Source: Nemertoderma westbladi
Taxonomy: Eukaryota; Animalia; Xenacoelomorpha
DNA length: 36,430 bases
Direction of reading: 5' to 3'
Assembly (NCBI GenBank): GCA_032718475.1
Contig: JAUCBJ010009119.1
Location: 1 to 36,430, forward strand
Positions 14,278-26,014 of the stretch are shown piece after piece; the stretch's first letter is position 1; every line of letters starts with the position of its first letter. A model generated the notes under the pieces. The model saw only the letters and a program-made list of their open reading frames with translations, did not search any database and was not told the DNA's origin. The position numbers and the translations under genes were made by a program.

Positions 14278-15003
14278 CATCTGGAAAAGTGATATACTTA
14301 GTAAATAAAGTGACCATTTTGGTGCAAAAGTGATATTTTTTGGTGTAACGAGTAAATCGTAGCCAAAAAATACGGTAGTTTATTTTCAAATATTTATTTT
14401 AATTAAAATTACACGAATTGAATTTAAAAAAATATTTAAGGGCAGATATTTAAAATAAAACGACTAACATTATTATAATTAAAACCATTGTAACTCAAAT
14501 TTAGACCATTAAACGTGATAATGAATGCAAATGACTAAAATTATTCGTTAGGTTTTGAATTCTCACATATTTTAGGTCCGGTATACCGGAAGGTCACCAT
14601 GATGTTGAGAAATTCTAGTCCTTTTCATTCATTTTCATTATATTAATTAATATGTTATAATAATAATTTTAATTAATACCGGGTACCGGTATGTTTGTTA
14701 GTTGTTTAATTTTAGTTTTGCTGAGCAAATAAACTACGTCGTAAGCCGACTGGCACTACTGGACGACTGGTTAACCAGTAGGTAGTAGTACGGTGGTACT
14801 ATAGTGGTAGTATTTTCCGTGGCGCCTGTCGTCATAGGAAATTTGGTTGATGGCGCCGACAGCGACATCAGGCCATTAGCAAATTTTCAAAAAAGGATCA
14901 GATGGAATTATATTTACCAGATGTTTATTTTTCTTCATTTAGGAAAATAAAGTGTTACTTTTCAGCCCTGTGCTGTACGTATATAATATAGTTAACTACT
15001 AAC

Positions 15004-15142
15004 GGCTGGGTTTTATTGAAGGTGGAATTCCCTTGGGGTACGTTTCTGGTGCGGGGGCCAGGGGGGGTGCGTTGCGTTGTTGCTAGAGGGCGACGGGTCG
15101 GCTGGGAGGCGGTTTTATCGCCACTGCCGGCGACCGGCTGGC
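15004..15142 (-). CDS. MAPRE1: EB1/MAPRE coding exon 2 (Pro/Thr/Arg-rich linker)
   Basis: Polypyrimidine tract and acceptor (ctttatgtcccttcttccttctccgtAG) immediately before 15142; continues exon 1 in phase 1 as GQPVAGSGDKTASQPTRRPLATTQRTPPGPRTRNVPQGNSTFNKTQP; ends at a GTTAGT donor identical to that of exon 1; GC-rich island in AT-rich intron. Confidence 0.75.
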
Positions 15143-15610
15143 CTACGGAGAAGGAAGAAGGGACATAAAGTTACTATATCTGTATATAGTTTAGGTTAGC
15201 TACAAAGAACTAAAGAAGGAAGGCAGGAACGGATATAAAGTTATTAGTTTATGATATACCTACTTAGAAGAAAAGAAAGGAATATCAAATTAATAGTTTA
15301 TTGTACCGGTACCAAAAGAAGGAAGGGATATAACTGTATAAAGTTATTAGTTTGAGAAGGGGGATATCTGGATATAAAGTAGTTAATTTGTTTAATAAAT
15401 ACATAGGGCCTACATACCTACCATATATATATATAATACATAATCCACACATACATACCAGTATACCACACCACATACCTCAGTACCGGTACCTGCTGCC
15501 TGCCTGCCTGCCACCTGCATACCGGTCAGCCGGTACACGTGAAGGAACGGTAGGACTACGTTATACTGTTATATAGTTATAAAGACTACAGCATAGGCCT
15601 ACAGACTAAC

Positions 15611-16004
15611 CAGAGCGGGCGGCTGCAGGCTCGTAGGCGTTGCCTTGGTAATTTGCGTCGAAAAATTTCTTAAACCATTGCACAAACTCAAAGTTATCCT
15701 GAAATCTTCCCTTAATTAATTTCTCTACCGGAGCGACTTTATCCACTTTTAGTTTCTTGAAACTTTCCTGGAGTAACTTAAAATTGTATATATATTCGTG
15801 TTCTAATTTGGCGCTAAATTTAACTTTCTTTAGGGAGACTGAACCCGGGAATAACATGTCCATAAACTGGCAGTATGCCGCGCCAGAACACATGTTCTCG
15901 ATTTTCTGGTAGTTTAGCGCTAACGAGTTGTTCACCCAGGCCAACATTTCGTGACGACTAAGGTTGTCGGCTGTGGTTGTCGCTACCACGTTAATAGCAG
16001 CCAT
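15611..16004 (-). CDS. MAPRE1: EB1/MAPRE-family microtubule plus-end binding protein, coding exon 1 (calponin-homology domain)
   Basis: [12 protein letters not shown]...[16 protein letters not shown]...KKVKF...[13 protein letters not shown]...[22 protein letters not shown] is the EB1 CH domain. The ORF-track stop lies inside a G|GTTAGT splice donor, so the exon ends at 15611 (phase 1). The symbol denotes the family, not orthology to one vertebrate paralogue. Confidence 0.95.
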
Positions 16005-16553
16005 CTTTTCATTAGCCTACCGTTCCAGCGTTCTGCCGTTCGTCAGATCAGTACAGGCAGACAGGACAGGTAGCCCTATTATTGATTATTTCAGTAATTG
16101 TTTGCTGGTTTGGTTTGGTAGGCCTATGGTTTGCCTTCAATGACAATGATATGTAGTTGGATAGGCCGATAGGCCTAGGGCAGTAGGAGTGCCAGTCTGC
16201 CAGTGCAGCAGAGTTGTGGAGTGTGGAAATAGCCTATTGACAAACTGATCGCAAAACCGGTACAATAAACCAGTAAACAAAAGGTGTACTGCAGTCTGGG
16301 CAGCTGGGCCTGGCAGCCTGGGAGTAGCCCTACTGCTACAGTGCTACTACAGTACTACAGTACTAGCTGCTGAGCTGCTAGCTGACTGGTCTACAGGTAT
16401 ATGCCTACCAATTGTCTGCCAGTGCTGCAATGTAGGAAAGTCAACCAGATTAGGTTGACGCCGTCAACCAAATTACGGTACCGGTACGTTGTAAAATTTC
16501 TGTTTCCCCACTGTACCTGTGTACCGTAAGTAAATGCAGTCAAAATAAATGAA

Positions 16554-17699
16554 GGGTAAATCTTTTCGACCTACGCGTAGTTCGCAACATTGGGTCATAT
16601 ATCACCAGTTTCAGAGTTTTAACATTAACTACGCGTAGGTGCTACGCGTAGCTACGCGTAGGTCCTACGCGACCTGCGCGTAGGTGCTACGTATAACTAC
16701 GCGTAGGTGCTACCCATAACTATGCCTATACGTCGTTTATCATTAGTAGGCCTACGTATTCCAAACGGTTCAGTACGTTCAGTACGATAAGACAATAATA
16801 ATAGAGTAAATAAGACAATACGGTACTGTTTGTTCAATAAACAAACCACAACCATCAAATGCTTTCAACAGTACTGCATCCTATACCTGTATACTCTATA
16901 GAGAGGAATACGCTAAGACTACATATTCTTCACTTCATGCGTTGCTGGTGCTAAAATGTGTTTCCGGTAATAATGTTTAGAGTTCAAAAATAGTTTACAA
17001 AGGAAATAGGCCGATGGTTCTTATCGATTCTCAATGCTTTTTATTGCCTTTGTTCACGATAGGGCAAGGATATATTTCATATTTAACATAATATTTAATT
17101 AACCCCTTGAAAAGGGAAGGGGGAGACTAAATTGTCTACCATGATTGGTTGCACTTGTTATTTGACCAAACAATTGAATTATATGCAGTATATATCAGCT
17201 TTCGCTTAACCACTTCACCGGTAGATTGGTAGCTTACTACTGTAGAATATTTAAATAATCCAATGGAAACAAAGATACTTGAATCATGAGACGTGAATTT
17301 TAAGTCTACTTTTTATTCATCCTGTGTTTGTATGTGAAAGAGCCGAATATTATTTATTACCAGTGCAGTATGTAGAGATACTGTATGAGCTTCCGATTCT
17401 GTTATTCCATTTGTCTGATAATCAGATACCTGACATATACCGATACTTGCCTAACAACTCAACCCTACCGGACCTGAAATGAAAAATCATTGTTATCAGG
17501 ACTGCTTCGCGTAGCACCTACGCGTAGCTACGCGTAACACCTACGCGTAGTTTCAAAATACCTACGCGTAGTTCCAAAATAACTACGCGTAGTTTTAAAA
17601 CACCTACGCGTAGTTGTTAAAAAGGCAGTAAGTCTGGCCCTACCGGTAAATGACAGGAATGGAAGTTACAAACTACGCGTAGGTCGAAAAGATTTACCC
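16554..17699. mobile_element. Non-autonomous TIR transposon with 8-bp TSD (Merlin-like or MULE-like), 1146 bp
   Basis: 29-bp perfect TIR GGGTAAATCTTTTCGACCTACGCGTAGTT; perfect TSD TAAATGAA (16546-16553, 17700-17707); clusters of palindromic CTACGCGTAG at both subtermini. Superfamily inferred from GG termini plus 8-bp TSD. Confidence 0.9.
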
Positions 17700-18064
17700 T
17701 AAATGAATTGCTATTGGAAAAAAATGCATAAACACAGAAACATGGTAATAATAATACTACATGTACTACAGACTTAGATTTTATATACTGTCAGACCGTA
17801 GTCGTTCCATGTATATACTGATAGTCGATGTAAGAAATTGAATTTTTGATAAATTGGAAGAGGCGATGATGATGATCTCTAATGGCTAAACGTAATACAG
17901 CGGAGGATCTTGTTTACTTTAGCAGTTGACTATGGTTGATGGATCCGATAACGCTGTAGGCTTAATTGAGTGTAGAGTTGATATGTTGAGTAAAGCTACA
18001 GTAAGAGATTGCTTGTTATACTTTTATTTTTTAATTAATTAATAACAAAGTGAAAAAAAGTGAT

Positions 18065-18590
18065 CAGAAAGTCAGTGTTCTTTTGAAGGGGAGCTGAAAG
18101 TTGTTCTTTAAGATTGTTTCAGTTTGCGTCGCCACAACATTCCAATCTCATAGTGACCATTGTCTAGTTGTTTACTGGTTCGCTCTATTATTTCTTGGGC
18201 TCTCAGTTCGTCTGCTAAATAATATCCCACATTTGCGGTTTGATTCTACACGTCATCCCGTTACAGAACACCATTAACCTATCTCTGTCCTCGCTACGCT
18301 CGTACGTGTAGAATATAGTCGTTGAATATATATCGTGGTCTCCCTCGTCTCCCGTCCTCTCGATCTCATAACGTCTCTTACGAGGTTTATAAGGCTGTAC
18401 ACCAACATTAGTATCGGGATTACCATCCTGCAGGGAACCGAGTATACCAACCGAATAGGCCTACCATACTGTTGGAATAAGAGTCTCCAATTAGTTGCTT
18501 TAGTTTCCCAAACGCGATGTGCGTTCAATATATCATTTCCTATTATCATCACAATGCAATGATAGTCTTCTCGAGTTTCTGATATGTCAG
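18065..18590 (-). pseudogene. Degraded BEL/Pao LTR-retrotransposon pol fragment (protease-to-RT region)
   Basis: Manual - strand translation gives, in order and across frameshifts, IIGNDILNAHRVWE, LFGW, ADELRAQEIIERTSKQLDNGHYEIGMLWR and LKNNFQLPFKR, resembling the BEL/Pao pattern LIGxD...LGW...DGHYExGLLW...LPNN...KRL. Confidence 0.6.
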
Positions 18591-19415
18591 GTTTTATTTT
18601 TAATAAGAGAGGTTAATAAATGTGAAATGAGATAAACTCGTCTCCAAAAAAGTTGCAAATTTTCCAAACTGAAAGTTAATATATAATAAACTGAGTGTTG
18701 GCTATAACGATTTAGCTATTTGGGTAAAGCTATCTGTCACGTCTCACTCATGTTTGGTGAACGTGATATACCGTAATTACGTCAGATTCGATTCAATGCA
18801 CTATAAATTATTTGTTCTGCCCTGTTGACTAACTGCAACTGATAAGTATTATCTGAGCGGGTGTATTGGCCGCTATTCGTCTGTCTGTATTGCGTTAATC
18901 TGTATTTTATCTATGATCGGCAGTGTATGGCTGAGCGATGCAGTGCTTAATAATAGTTCCATTATTACTACAGCAGCGCACACCAATAGCAGCTCCCATT
19001 GGCTCAGAGCTCACTCACTCAGATAAACTGTGGCCACCAGATGTCGTAATTTATACAGTAATGTCATGGGGCGATGGCTGTCTAGACAGTTTATTTTTAG
19101 AAGTCGCTTTGAACTGTGTTGGACTCAAATAAATGTTTGGTTCTGGTTGAAATCAACCACTCCTTCCTGGAATCCTTTATAAATAGGCTGTTTATTATGG
19201 ATCGTCTGCATTCACATTAATCTAAATTAGAAATAATTTCTGTTACTCTATTTTTTAGTTTAGATTCTCAAACTGGCAAGTGGGTATTGAACTGCGATTT
19301 TTTTTAACAATAGCTGTCATTAAAAACTATTTTTAGTGTTTTTATAATTTATTATCAGTGTTTTGTGTGAATGAGTGGTTTCTTATTATTATAACGTTTT
19401 GTTGGGCACAGTGTT

Positions 19416-19564
19416 ACATAGTCGGCACTGACGTCCAGGTGGGATCGAACTGGTGACCTCCGGATGGAAGACTGACGCTCTAACCATTCAGCTACCGGTA
19501 GCGGCTCAGGTAAAAGACATGGATATACTACCTGATACCTTGTATGTCCCAATTTACGTCCTCA
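19416..19564 (-). mobile_element. tRNA-derived SINE-like repeat with Pol III A and B boxes
   Basis: A box TAGCTGAATGG (19484-19494) and B box GTTCGATCC (19442-19450) at tRNA spacing; stems do not pair well; second copy at 10396-10535. Confidence 0.7.
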
Positions 19565-19724
19565 TTAAGTCCCATCTGCCATTACCACCATCTGCTGCCA
19601 CTGTTGTGCTCAGCACCCTACAGTACTTGGCCGTCTTTAACCACTCGCTACAATGAAAGGATAGTTTATATTAACCATGAAGTAATGAACCATACCCGGA
19701 CCGATTAATTCTTAACCCTATTAA

Positions 19725-20376
19725 CCCTTTCCATACCGGGGCACACCCGTATGAGCCACAACCTACCCTCCCGTGGCACACCCGTATGAGCCATGATATT
19801 ATATTATGTTCTATGGTTTCCTATGTATGACTGGGATGCCAGATAAGTGTTACTATGTTCCCATTAGGTATTTGGGACAAGTAAAATGAGTATCCCTATA
19901 CTCAGCAGCTGCCTGACAGTCCCTACCAATATGGAAAGATGTCATGCATTTCTGTATAATTCAGTAGCACTGCAGTATTGAAGAATGTATAGTCTAACTA
20001 ACTGTACAGCAGTAGTATACGCTAACACTAATAAATAGCGCCAAATGCAGCATTTCACGGTTTATTATGGTTGATTAGTAAAAATTTTACAATCATGCTG
20101 CCTGTATTTCAACAGTTATAATTCTGTCCCTATCAGTACTCGTATCATTTAAAAGCCTCGTTGTGCTCGAGTCCTGTTATTCTGGTGTACAAATTAGATA
20201 GCCTGGAAAATTTATATTTTACTTCTGATCAAAATGATATGCTAATCTTGGTCATTTAAGGCTGACATTTCTTGTTTTATTGATGGCTCACACGTATGAG
20301 TCACGGTCCAGGGTGGACATTAGAATGACTGGACCACCAGGCATATGCAATATTATCTTCTGCGGTATGGAAAGGG
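19725..20376. mobile_element. Non-autonomous piggyBac-like element, 652 bp
   Basis: TTAA on both sides; perfect 14-bp TIR CCCTTTCCATACCG; GGCACACCCGTATGAGCCA twice at the left end and a related inverted motif near 20284. Confidence 0.9.
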
Positions 20377-22032
20377 TTAAACAAAGTGGGGGGGGGGGGG
20401 GGGGGGGGTGTTTAATATGGCTTTTTTTTGTTGGAACTCTGAAACAAACGCAGTTGAGAATCTGAAATTTTATGACTTATCCTAAACATCCGCCCTCGTA
20501 TAGTGAAAACGGTTTTTAAACATATTAGAAGTTAATTATTTTTATTAATTTTTTATCACTATTTTATTACTATTTTTTAACCCTACTTTTGGCACATTTT
20601 CGAGACGTTTTTTTCAAAATTACATTTCTAGAAGTATGATATCTAACATCTATATTTTTTATTTATACCGGTTTTTGGTTTTCGCAATTAGATGGAATTC
20701 ATATAAAAATTCATATAATTTTTTGGCGGATACCAAATTTTGGAGCCAGCACCAAATTTTTAAAAATGTGTTGAACTTATTTTTTGCGCAGTGCAATAGG
20801 GTTTTTGGGATTCTGTTTTCGAAGAAATATATGCGAGTTGCACCAGGCATAACAAATTTGTATTTTTCGGTGTTCTATGCAAAATTTCGTGCCAGCACGA
20901 AATTGTGAAAATTCATTCAATAGTTCATTTGAAGGTGACAAATAATTATTTCTTTCATTTTATAGGTTTATGGGTTTTTTAATTCAATTGAATAAATAAG
21001 TATCTAACAAGACTTCTCAAACTTGTATTTTTCGGAAATGGGTGCAAAATTTGGTGCTAGCACCAAATTTTGAAACCCATCAAATATATCAATTGATTAT
21101 GTGGCCTTGTGCGGCGAGCGACGAAAGAAAGCGTGCTTAGCATACAGGTACCACTAACTCACCAATATCCCACTAACTCACTCGATTAACTTAGCATCAC
21201 TAACTCAATCGGTGTGTCTGTTGTTCTGTTGTGTTCATACTGTATGTGGGGCGAGACACGTATGGCGAGCCATCAGCGAACTGATATAATTATACTATGG
21301 CCGTTTCTCAAAAGTCTGTGTGTGACGTGTGTGTGTGTGTGTAGGTGAACTGGTTCAAACAGGGGACAATAGCATGAATACACAGCGACAAACCGGGGAC
21401 GATCTACAATCCGGGGACGTCCCCGGAATGAAAAAATATCAAAAATGGAATCTACGTACTAAAATTAATGGATTCTGAAAATTTCAGATCATTTCGGCGA
21501 TGTCCCCTGTTCCACCCAAACCTGTCAAATACGTGTGTAAATTTGTGTTTGAGTTTTGAAAATTTCACTGACCCCAGTATAATGCGATAGTTTCAAGTGT
21601 CCCCTTTTCCATACAGTTAATATAACAATCCAAACACACGTTGTAGTATGGGTGCTGTTGTTCAATGTGGGGACTGGAATCTACAATGTAATTAATATTT
21701 TGTGATCTAATTTAACATTTTGACCAAACGCAGCAGTATGTGTGGTATGGTTCAAAATGGGGACTAGGAATTCATTGTCACCTAAAAAGTAGAGATTAAT
21801 TTTAAGTAAGTAGAATATATATATGTCAAATGTGCCAATTTGGAAATCAAATACTTTAGTAATCGTGTTTTAAAGCAGAATGGCGCCCCTCACTGCTATT
21901 ATTTCATTCATTTCATTTCTATTATCTATTATTTCACCAAACAATAAGAAATCAAATCGAATATATAATTTTATGACAAATTTTCCTGATAAACAACTTG
22001 ATATACATTTGCAATATACAATTGAAAGTGGT

Positions 22033-23454
22033 TCATGAAGGACATTTATTAAGAACGTTACGTTTCCTTTTCTTGCTATAATTTGTATAAGCTGATTCTG
22101 ACTCAAATTCAAATTCAGTTACTTGAAAATACATCCATATCATCTTTACCAGAAACATTTCCCGAATCAGTATCAGAATTGCATAGATTGTTTTTATCTT
22201 CTTGAGAATCACCACAGACCATGTCACAGTTACTCAATGCCGGATTGCTGACATGTTGCTCACTGATGCAATCTGCAAGTTCAGCATAGTTGCTGCACCA
22301 TGTAAACTCCTTAACAATATCAAGAACATTGGTGGTAGTTAAATCTGATGTATCAAATAAGTCATGCCATGAACGCATGGTTTGCATAACAACAACAGAC
22401 GCAGTTAACCTTGCCCCCAAACCCTATCCTCCTCCAACGACCCTGCCCCATCCACTCCTTCAACCCCCAACGACCTCGTCCCACCCACTCCTTCAACCTC
22501 GGACAACCCTGCCCCAACCACTCCTTCAACATGCGACAACCCTGCCCCACTCACACCTTTAAACTCAGACGACCCTGCCCCACTCACTACTTAAAACTCC
22601 GACAACCCTGCCCCACCCACTCCTTCAACCCCCAACGACCTCGTCCCACCCACTCCTTCAACCTCGGACAACCCTGCCCCACCCACTCCTTCAACATCCG
22701 ACAACCCTGCCCCACTCACACCTTTAAACTCAGACGACCCTGATCCACTCACTCCTTCAACCTCCGACAACCCTGCCCCACCCACTCATTCGACCTCCGA
22801 CAACCCTGCCCCACTCACTCCTTTAAACTCAAATGACCCTGCCCCACCCACTCATTCAACCTCCGACAACCCTGCCTCACTCACTCCTTTAAACTCAGAC
22901 GACCCTGCCCCACTCACTCCTTCAACCTCGGACAACCCTGCCCCACTCACTCCTTTAAACTCAAATGACCCTGCCCCACCCACTCCTTCAACCTCGGACA
23001 ACCCTGCCCCACTCACTCCTTTAAACTCCGACAACCCTGCCCCAGCCACTCCTTTAAACTCAAATGACCCTGCCCCACCCACTCCTTCAACCTCCGACAA
23101 CCCTGCCCCATTCACTCCTTTAAAATCAGACAACCCTGCCCCACCCACTCCTTTAAATTCCAACGACCCAGCCCCACCCACTTCTTTAAACTCCAACGAC
23201 CCTGCCCCACCCACTCCTTTAAACTCCATCGACACAGCCCCACCCACTTCTTTATACTCCAACGACCCTGCCCCACCCACTCCTTTAAACTCCATCGACA
23301 CAGCCCCACTCACTCCTTTAAACTCCGACAACTTAGGCACTTCAATATCTCTCTGTATCTCTTCTTTATTGTCCAATCTTCTAGTTGCTCTGCTTCTTTT
23401 TGGGTAAGATTTGATAACTTCCGTGTTATTCCACCTTCTTCTTCTTGTATTCAA
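22033..23454 (-). pseudogene. Possible disrupted ORF containing 11-aa repeats (S-E-F/V-K/E-G-V-G/S-G-A-G-L/S)
   Basis: ORFs 22852-23454, 22591-22785 and 22405-22587 share one frame, split by point stops; charged non-repetitive leader and acidic/basic downstream ORFs (22115-22420, 22033-22227) in shifted frames; no family recognised. Confidence 0.3.
22432..23331. repeat. 33-bp C-rich minisatellite, about 27 units
   Basis: Unit approx. AACCTCCGACAACCCTGCCCCACCCACTCCTTC; substitutions but frame retained throughout; a 4-unit (132-bp) block is duplicated in the left part. Confidence 0.92.
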
Positions 23455-23725
23455 TACATTTTCTCCTTCCTTTTCAACCCCATAAACACGTTAACATCCA
23501 TGTATTTAAAATTATTTTATACATTGATTTCATTTACTATTAATACACTTTGTAAAAAGTAGCACTTTTTAGAGGTCGGCCAGAGTGTGTTTATTATCTG
23601 AACGAAGCGATTGTTATAAAATGTCATAACGCTATAAAGTGCTTCTTTCTTATAAGTATGTTTGTAATTTTCTCCAATTATATCAACTTTATACATAGAA
23701 ACTTGTTTGCACTTAACTTGAAATT

Positions 23726-25202
23726 GTGCTCATCTATCCCATCATAGTAGACATGTACCGAACAACAAGAGTCCCACAAGAAATGAAAACAAATAAGTTG
23801 GTGCCAGTTCCCAAGAAGGGCAACCTAACACTCTATGGTTCTTTTCGGGGAATCTCATTGATCTCGATTGCTGCAAAGCTATACAATAGGATTCTATTAA
23901 ATCGCATCAGGGATCCCATTGAGAGACTGCTCCGTGGAAATCAGAATGGGTTCCGTAAAGGTCGTGGGACCGTGGAGCCCATTTTGGCACTTAGAAGGAT
24001 AATTGAAGAGTTATCAAAAAAGAAAGACAGGCATCTGGCTGTTATCTTTGTTGACTTCTTCAAGGCCTTTGATTCAGTCTCTCGCTCACGTATGTTCAGC
24101 ATACTTTCATTATATGGGATTCCTGATGAAATTATTGCAGCAATCAGATCAGTATACGATGGTTCGACAACATTTGTGTCTACTGTTGACGGTGACACAG
24201 ATCCATTTGAAGTGTTATGGGGCGTCCTCCAAGGAGACACACTTGCACCATTCTTGTTCATTATTGTGGTTGACTATGTTCTACGCATGTCCTTAGATCA
24301 TTATAATGATGATGGGGTGATGATAACTCCACCTACTGGCTCCAGAAGTCGAGGAAATCCTGCCAAGTACCTAACTGATCTAGACTTTGCTGATTACTTA
24401 GGAGTACTCTCAGAATCATTAGAGGGAGCCCAACGGCTCCTCAGCTCATTAGAACATGCTGCTTCTAGTGTTGGTCTTTTTATTAACTCCAGAAAGACCA
24501 AAATTCTGACAGTTAACTTTGAAAGTCCTCAGCAAGTCTCTGATCGGATGAGCATAAGCTCAAAGGATGGTATGCTTGAGCATGTGGACGACTTCTGTTA
24601 CCTGGGATCATGGATCCGGAAGTCAGGTGAGGGAGGACCTTCGAATACGTAAGGGAAAGGCATGGGCAGCCTTGAATAGGCTTTCCAGGATTTGGAAGTC
24701 ACCGAGAATTAATCGGAAACTTAAGGTCCGATTATTTAGAGCAGCAGTAGTTCCAGTACTCCTCTACGGGAGTCCATGCTGGGCTCTAACTGCTGAGGAC
24801 ACCAAATCTCTGGATGGCACATTCACAAGAATGCTACGCCGGGTTCATTGTGTCAAGTACAATGCACACATCCCCAACCAGACACTATATAACATTGGAG
24901 GTGTCTCATTGGTTCCCCCAAGCTTGACACTAGAACAAAATCGCCTCCGCTTTGCAGGACATTGCTTTCGCCGTGAGGACCAGCCAGTGCATAATCTTGT
25001 ACTTTGGCAGCCTCATGGAGTGAATAACCATGGTGGACAGCCCATGACTTTCTTGAGACGCATCTTAAAGGACACTGGCCTTAAAGATGCGGATGATCTA
25101 GCAAATGTCATGGGTGATAGGGAGTTGTGGCGATGCAATTTTGTTGACAAGCCGGCACAGCATTCTTAAAAATGCAGCTGCAATGCAGCATGCCGATCCT
25201 AG
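23726..25202 (+). mobile_element. 5'-truncated RTE/RTEX-type non-LTR retrotransposon, inactivated RT
   Basis: PKKG...RGISL...QNGFRKGR...FVDFFKAFDSV...GVLQGDTLAPFLF...DLDFADY; catalytic FADD changed to FADY; 4-bp insertion near 24631 shifts the frame into ORF 24567-25169 (VLLYG...LRFAGHCFR); no endonuclease domain. Confidence 0.93.
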
Positions 25203-25302
25203 NNNNNNNNNNNNNNNNNNNNNNNNNNNNNNNNNNNNNNNNNNNNNNNNNNNNNNNNNNNNNNNNNNNNNNNNNNNNNNNNNNNNNNNNNNNNNNNNNN
25301 NN
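25203..25302. other. Assembly gap (100 N)
   Basis: Run of 100 N, a typical unknown-size scaffolding gap. Confidence 0.99.
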
Positions 25303-26014
25303 CTCCCGTAGAGGATTACTGGAACTACTGCTGCTCTAAATAATCGGACCTTAAGTTTCCGATTAATTTTCGGTGACTTCCAAATCCTGGAAAGCCTATT
25401 CAAGGCTGCCCATGCCTTTCCCTTACGTATTCGAAGGTCCTCACCTGACTTCCGGATCCATGATCCCAGGTAACAGAAGTCGTCCACATGCTCAAGTATA
25501 CCATCCTTTGAGCTTATGCTCATCCGATCAGAGACTTGCTGAGGACTTTCAAAGTTAACTGTCAGAATTTTGGTCTTTCTGGAGTTAATAAAAAGACCAA
25601 CACTAGAAGCAGCATGTTCTAATGAGCTGAGGAGCCGTTGGGCTCCCTCTAATGATTCTGATAGTACTCCTAAGTCATCAGCAAAGTCTAGATCAGTTAG
25701 GTACTTGGCAGGATTTCCTCGACTTCTGGAGCCAGTAGGTGGAGTTATCATCACCCCATCATCATTATAATGATCTAAGGACATGCGTAGAACATAGTCA
25801 ACCACAATAATGAACAAGAATGGTGCAAGTGTGTCTCCTTGGAGGACGCCCCATAACACTTCAAATGGTTCTGTGTCACCGTCAACAGTAGACACAAATG
25901 TTGTTGAACCATCGTATACTGATCTGATTGCTGCAATAATTTCATCAGGAATCCCATATAATGAAAGTATGCTGAACATACGTGAGCGAGAGACTGAATC
26001 AAAGGCCTTGAAGA
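25303..26014 (-). mobile_element. Second RTE-type fragment, inverted, near-identical to about 24058-24773
   Basis: Same RT sequence with intact FADD and no frameshift; about 8 differences seen over about 710 bp; 3' part lost in the gap. Confidence 0.93.

Noticed and set aside
14281-14970. Possible hAT-like element (CTGGAAAAGTG ... ACTTTTCAGCCCTG)
   Set aside because: Left terminus incomplete and no TSD; too weak to call.
15160-15400. Repeated GGATATAAAGTTATTAGTTT-like motif and short ORFs in EB1 intron 1
   Set aside because: Degenerate low-complexity intronic repeats; ORFs are compositionally biased.
15606-16004. EB1 as a complete 132-aa intronless retrocopy
   Set aside because: The stop lies within a GTTAGT donor and an in-phase downstream exon exists.
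19429-19500. Functional tRNA gene (TCC anticodon, Gly-like)
   Set aside because: Anticodon and acceptor stems are mispaired and a diverged copy with shared flanks exists; better read as SINE-like.
20420-21800. Repeat-like region with GCACCAAATTTT and GGGGAC motifs and a GT tract
   Set aside because: Probably TE-derived, but no termini, TSD or second copy could be defined.
22290-22743. Pro-rich + strand ORFs
   Set aside because: By-products of the C-rich 33-bp repeat.
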